Of a stretch of 64,000 nucleotides of DNA, positions 59,839 to 64,000 are shown in pieces. The notes under the pieces are model-generated. The model was not told the origin of the DNA. It worked only from the letters and a program-made list of their open reading frames with translations, and ran no database searches. The DNA comes from Candidatus Pelagibacter sp. (GTDB lineage Bacteria > Pseudomonadota > Alphaproteobacteria > Pelagibacterales > Pelagibacteraceae). The translations under genes were made by a program, and so were the position numbers. Each line of letters opens with the position of its first letter. Within the stretch, counting starts at the first letter, position 1. Where the stretch lies: assembly GCF_052049995.1 (NCBI RefSeq), contig NZ_JBNGYX010000001.1, positions 57,850 to 121,849 on the forward strand, in the 5' to 3' direction.

Positions 59839-60798
59839 ATGAAAAAAGAAAGAAATAAAAATCCAATTCAACCAGTTAGCGGAACTAAAGTTCCAAGATT
59901 TGCTGGCCCAAGCACATTTGCAAGATTACCTGAACTAAGAGATGTGAAAAGTTGTGACGTTGCAATTGTTGGAATTCCGTTTGATGCTGGCACAAGTTAT
60001 CGACCCGGAGCAAGATTTGGTCCACAAAGCATAAGGCAAGCTTCTAGACATTTAAGAACTAATTATCATCCTAATTATGATGTTGAGCCTTTCAAAATCC
60101 AACAAGTAGCTGATGCTGGTGATATCGCTTGCAACCCATTTAGTATTGATGAAGCAATTAAACAAATAGAAGTAGGTGCAACAGATTTATTAAATAAGGT
60201 TGGAGGAATTATAAGTTTAGGTGGAGACCATACTATTGCAGTACCATTGTTAAGAGCAATCAATAAAAAAAATAAGGGCCCTGTATCTTTAGTTCATTTT
60301 GATGCCCACTTAGATACTTGGGACACATATTTTGGTGCACCTTATACTCACGGAACTCCATTCAGAAGAGCTAGAGAAGAAGGATTATTTTTAGATGATG
60401 CTTCTATGCATGTTGGAATTCGAGGACCACTTTATAGTAGAAATGATATTAAAAATGATGAAAGTTTTGGATTTAAAATAATTCATTGTGATGAGTTTCA
60501 AACAGAAGGAACTGATAAAATAGCAGAAAGAATTAGAAAAAGAGTGGGAGACAATCCATTGTACTTATCAATTGATATTGATGTTTTAGACCCTGCATTT
60601 GCTCCAGGTACTGGTACACCAGAAATTGCAGGGATGACTACAAGAGAAATGGTAAATGTTTTAAGAGGTTTGTCTGGATTAAATTTGGTTTCAGCAGACG
60701 TCGTTGAGGTTTCCCCAGCATATGATCATGCAGAAGTAACTTCTTTAGCAGCAGCAACTATTGTTTATGAATTAACTAATTTATTTGCAAAAACATAA
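59839..60798 (+). CDS. speB: Agmatinase/guanidinobutyrase-type ureohydrolase
   Basis: VPRFAG, RPGARFGP, GGDH, DAHLD, SIDIDVLDPAFAPGTGTP, DVVEVSP. Confidence 0.9.
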   Translation: MKKERNKNPIQPVSGTKVPRFAGPSTFARLPELRDVKSCDVAIVGIPFDAGTSYRPGARFGPQSIRQASRHLRTNYHPNYDVEPFKIQQVADAGDIACNPFSIDEAIKQIEVGATDLLNKVGGIISLGGDHTIAVPLLRAINKKNKGPVSLVHFDAHLDTWDTYFGAPYTHGTPFRRAREEGLFLDDASMHVGIRGPLYSRNDIKNDESFGFKIIHCDEFQTEGTDKIAERIRKRVGDNPLYLSIDIDVLDPAFAPGTGTPEIAGMTTREMVNVLRGLSGLNLVSADVVEVSPAYDHAEVTSLAAATIVYELTNLFAKT

Positions 60799-60818
60799 AG
60801 AAAGGGTAACGTCAAAGC

Positions 60819-62252
60819 ATGTTAGACAAAAAAAATTTTTACATTAATGGAGCGTGGGTTAAGCCAAATAGTTCTGAGGAAATTAAAGTAATTGATCCTG
60901 CTACAGAAGAAAATTGTGCAGTAATTACTTTAGGGAACAAAGCTGATGTTGATATTGCTGTTAATGCAGCTAAAGATGCCTATGAATCTTGGGCCTTTTC
61001 TTCCAAAGAACAAAGAATTGGATTATTAGAAAAACTTTATGAAAATTATAAGAAAAGATGGGCAGATATTGCAGAAGCTATAACTCTTGAGATGGGTGCT
61101 CCAAAAGATTTTGCAACAAAATTACAAGCAGGTACAGGAGCAAGTCATATCAAATCATTTATTAGATATTTAAAAAATTTTGAATTTGAAAAACCGCTAG
61201 GAGATCATGCTCCTAACCAAAGATTAATTTATGAACCAAAAGGTGTTTGTGCATTAATAACTCCATGGAATTGGCCGATGAACCAAGTTTGTTTAAAAGT
61301 AATGCCAGCAATAGCTGCAGGTTGCACAATGGTTTTAAAGCCATCAGAATTAGCACCACTCTCATCAATGATACTTGCTGAAATTATTGATGAAGTAAAA
61401 TTTCCAAAAGGTGTGTTCAATTTAGTTAATGGTGATGGAGCAAAAACAGGTAATGCTCTCACAAGTCATCCAGATATTAACATGATATCTTTTACTGGAT
61501 CAACAAGAGCAGGAGCTTTGATTTCACAAAATGCTGCTAAAGATTTTAAAAGAGTAAGCTTAGAATTAGGAGGCAAGGGTGCAAATATAATTTTTAAAGA
61601 TGCTGATCCAGAAGCTATTGAAAGAGGTGCTTTTAGATGTTTTAGAAATTCTGGACAATCTTGTAATGCACCGACAAGAATGTTAGTTGAAAAATCTATG
61701 TATGGTGAGGCAATTGAGAGATTAAAAAAATATACTGAAAGTTTTGAGGTGGGTGATCCTAAAAAAGAAGGAGAACATATAGGTCCAGTTATTTCAGAAA
61801 CTCAATATAATAAAATACAAACTTTAATCCAAAAAGGAATAGATGAAGGTGCAAAATTGGTCGCTGGAGGAACAGGTAAACCTGATGGATTAGACAAAGG
61901 TTACTTTGTTAAACCAACTGTTTTTGCAGATGTAAATAATGATATGGAAGTTGCAAGAACAGAAATATTTGGACCTGTTTTATCTGTTATTCCTTTTGAA
62001 ACAGAAGAGGACGCAATTAAAATCGCAAATGATACTGCTTATGGACTAACAAACTATATTCAAACCCAAGACTCTCAAAAAGTACAAAGAGTTGCGAGAA
62101 AATTAAGATCTGGAATGGTTGATGTTAATGGAGCTGGTATTGCAGTTGATGCACCTTTCGGTGGATTCAAACATTCTGGAATAGGTCGAGAAGCAGGTGA
62201 ACACGGTTTAGAGGAGTTTTTAGAGGTAAAAGCAGTGGGTGGTTGGAGTTAA
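60819..62252 (+). CDS. Aldehyde dehydrogenase family protein, paralogue of 46356-47786
   Basis: ITPWNWP, FTGSTRAG, ELGGKG, NSGQSCNAPTR, TEIFGPV. Confidence 0.93.
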   Translation: MLDKKNFYINGAWVKPNSSEEIKVIDPATEENCAVITLGNKADVDIAVNAAKDAYESWAFSSKEQRIGLLEKLYENYKKRWADIAEAITLEMGAPKDFATKLQAGTGASHIKSFIRYLKNFEFEKPLGDHAPNQRLIYEPKGVCALITPWNWPMNQVCLKVMPAIAAGCTMVLKPSELAPLSSMILAEIIDEVKFPKGVFNLVNGDGAKTGNALTSHPDINMISFTGSTRAGALISQNAAKDFKRVSLELGGKGANIIFKDADPEAIERGAFRCFRNSGQSCNAPTRMLVEKSMYGEAIERLKKYTESFEVGDPKKEGEHIGPVISETQYNKIQTLIQKGIDEGAKLVAGGTGKPDGLDKGYFVKPTVFADVNNDMEVARTEIFGPVLSVIPFETEEDAIKIANDTAYGLTNYIQTQDSQKVQRVARKLRSGMVDVNGAGIAVDAPFGGFKHSGIGREAGEHGLEEFLEVKAVGGWS

Positions 62253-63427
62253 TTTACTGATTTATCTTTCACACCTTCTAAAAATTTAAGGCACTTTTTC
62301 ATTTCATTTAATTCTATAAACTCGTCAATTTTGTGAGCTTGTTCTATCGATCCAGGTCCACAAACAACAGTACTGATACCTAATTCTTGAAACAAACCAG
62401 CTTCTGTTCCAAAAGAAACTACTTCTCTAGAATTATCACCAGTTATATTTGATACAAATTCACATGCTTCAGATTCATCTAATCTGTTAAAACCAACAAC
62501 TTCACCTATCACTTCTTTTTCGATATAAGAATCTGGAAATACTTTTTTCATTTCTGGTAGAAGTACTTCATTTGCATATTTATCAATTTCTTTTGTAACA
62601 AATTCTCCATCTTCTTTTACAACTGGTCTTGTTTCCCATTCAACACTACATTTATCTGCAATGACATTATGAGCAATACCACCTTTAATTCCACCAATTG
62701 ATAAAGTTGAATGTGGAGGATCAAAAATACTATCTTTTTGAACTCTTTTTTTTAATTCTTCTCTAATTTCTAAAAGTTTTCCAACATATCTAGTAGCATA
62801 TTCAGCTGCATTTACTCCTAAATGTGGTTTAGAACTATGTCCCGCAAGTCCTCCAAAGTGAACTGTGTATTCATTCATACCTTTGTGGGCGTCAATAATT
62901 TTCATTTTAGTTGGTTCACCAATTATACAAATTCCATTTTTGATTTCTCTTTTTTTTAATTCCTCTATCAATAAAGGGGCTCCAATACATGCGGTCTCTT
63001 CATCAAATGTGTAACAGAAATGTAAGTCTCTATCTAAATTACTTTCTTTGAAGATAGGTGCATAAGCAAGTGTACATGCAATAAAACCTTTCATATCACA
63101 TGAGCCTCTTCCATATAATTTATCATTTTTAATAGTTGCAACGAATGGATCACTGCTCCAACCTTTAGATACGGGAACCACATCAGTGTGACCAGATAAT
63201 ATGATTGGTTTTTTTATGCTTTGATTTTTTGCTTTTAGAGTTCCAAAAAGATTTACTCTTTTTTTATCATCATCATAAACTTTGAAAGTATCTATTCCGA
63301 TGTTATTTAAAATTTTTTCACAATAATCAATTAAATTACTGTTATCTTGACCTGAGATAGTTTTAAATGCGATTAAGTCAGTTAAAATCTTGATTGATTT
63401 TTCATATAAATTGTTATCTATACTCAT
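62249..63427 (-). CDS. argE: Acetylornithine deacetylase (M20 family)
   Basis: LSGHTDVVP, GRGSCDMKGF, DEETAC.G, GEPT, AHKG, GHSS, GTEAG, GPGSIEQAH. Confidence 0.9.
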   Translation of the reverse strand: MSIDNNLYEKSIKILTDLIAFKTISGQDNSNLIDYCEKILNNIGIDTFKVYDDDKKRVNLFGTLKAKNQSIKKPIILSGHTDVVPVSKGWSSDPFVATIKNDKLYGRGSCDMKGFIACTLAYAPIFKESNLDRDLHFCYTFDEETACIGAPLLIEELKKREIKNGICIIGEPTKMKIIDAHKGMNEYTVHFGGLAGHSSKPHLGVNAAEYATRYVGKLLEIREELKKRVQKDSIFDPPHSTLSIGGIKGGIAHNVIADKCSVEWETRPVVKEDGEFVTKEIDKYANEVLLPEMKKVFPDSYIEKEVIGEVVGFNRLDESEACEFVSNITGDNSREVVSFGTEAGLFQELGISTVVCGPGSIEQAHKIDEFIELNEMKKCLKFLEGVKDKSVN

Positions 63428-63451
63428 AAACTTAAAACACTATATTATATT

Positions 63452-63796
63452 ATGATTAAAGAGCAAATTACCTATAATGATTTTGATAAAGTAGATATTA
63501 GAATTGGTACTGTAATTTCTGTAAAAAAAAATGAAAAAGCGAGAAAGCCATCTTTAGTGGTTGAAGTTGATTTTGGAAGCGAAATTGGCATTAAACAATC
63601 TTCGGCTCAAATTACCCATTATTATAATGAGGAGAATTTAAAAGGAAAACAGGTTATTGCTGTTTGTAATTTTCCTGAAAAAAATATTGCTGGAATAGTT
63701 TCTCAAGTATTGGTTTTAGGGGCAATTGATGCCGATGGCAAAGTTACACTTGTTCATCCTTCTCAAAAGGCAGAAAACGGATTACCGATTGCTTAA
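63452..63796 (+). CDS. csaA: tRNA-binding/export chaperone CsaA (OB fold)
   Basis: DFDKVDIRIG, VDFG..IG.K.SSAQIT, NFPEKNIAG..SQVLVLG. Confidence 0.9.
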   Translation: MIKEQITYNDFDKVDIRIGTVISVKKNEKARKPSLVVEVDFGSEIGIKQSSAQITHYYNEENLKGKQVIAVCNFPEKNIAGIVSQVLVLGAIDADGKVTLVHPSQKAENGLPIA

Positions 63797-63798
63797 TA

Positions 63799-64000
63799 AT
63801 GCATCCTGAAATTCTTTCTATAACTTTATTTGGAATTGTTGCAGCATTTACTCCTGGACCAAATAATTTCGTTGCTTTCTATTCTGGTTTCAATTTTGGT
63901 ATTCTTAGAACACTGCCACATATAATTGGTGTAACTTTAGGATTTCCATTTTTGTTATTATGTTTAGCTCTAGGGTTGATAAATATTTTTAAACTTTATC
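63799..64000 (+). CDS. LysE family translocator (partial, runs off the window)
   Basis: ATG 63799: MHPEILSITLFGIVAAFTPGPNNFVAFYSGFNFGILRTLPHIIGVTLGF...; TPGPNN motif. Confidence 0.85.
   Translation, partial: MHPEILSITLFGIVAAFTPGPNNFVAFYSGFNFGILRTLPHIIGVTLGFPFLLLCLALGLINIFKLY

Noticed and set aside
62249-63427. Calling the deacetylase doeB
   Set aside because: It is M20/ArgE family, while DoeB is AstE/AspA family; kept only as a functional-replacement hypothesis

Overview
AT-rich, densely packed bacterial chromosome segment. Gene content, order and tiny or overlapping intergenic spaces point to a streamlined marine alphaproteobacterium, most likely SAR11/Pelagibacterales (inference, no taxonomic search run). 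The core backbone is degP end-miaA-ilvB/H/C-leuA-mreBCD-mrdA-rodA. It carries four ABC importers (one family-5 peptide/nickel type between ilvC and leuA, two Liv type, one Pot type), glutarate dioxygenase GlaH/CsiD, ectoine-utilisation genes (eutA, doeA), a ureohydrolase plus ALDH, FadN, ArgE and CsaA. The most interesting part is a ~9.6 kb catabolic block at 36794-46372. It holds (i) an LLM monooxygenase-DUF1185-hydrolase-ALDH set resembling the trigonelline Tgn pathway but with a divergent oxygenase and no local flavin reductase, (ii) an orphan ProV-type ATPase, a CdhB-like thioesterase, an EamA transporter and an IPNS-type 2OG oxygenase, and (iii) a divergent class II aldolase plus butyrobetaine/trimethyllysine-type dioxygenase pair. 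Together these suggest an uncharacterised system for N-methylated (betaine-type) osmolytes. Also seen: two small unannotated or hypothetical ORFs inside transporter operons, RBS-occluding hairpins before rhtB/lysE and the LLM gene, and a degenerate cyclophilin. No rRNA, tRNA, CRISPR array, integrase or transposase was recognised. Family assignments come from motifs in the translations and from remembered reference sequences, not from database searches.
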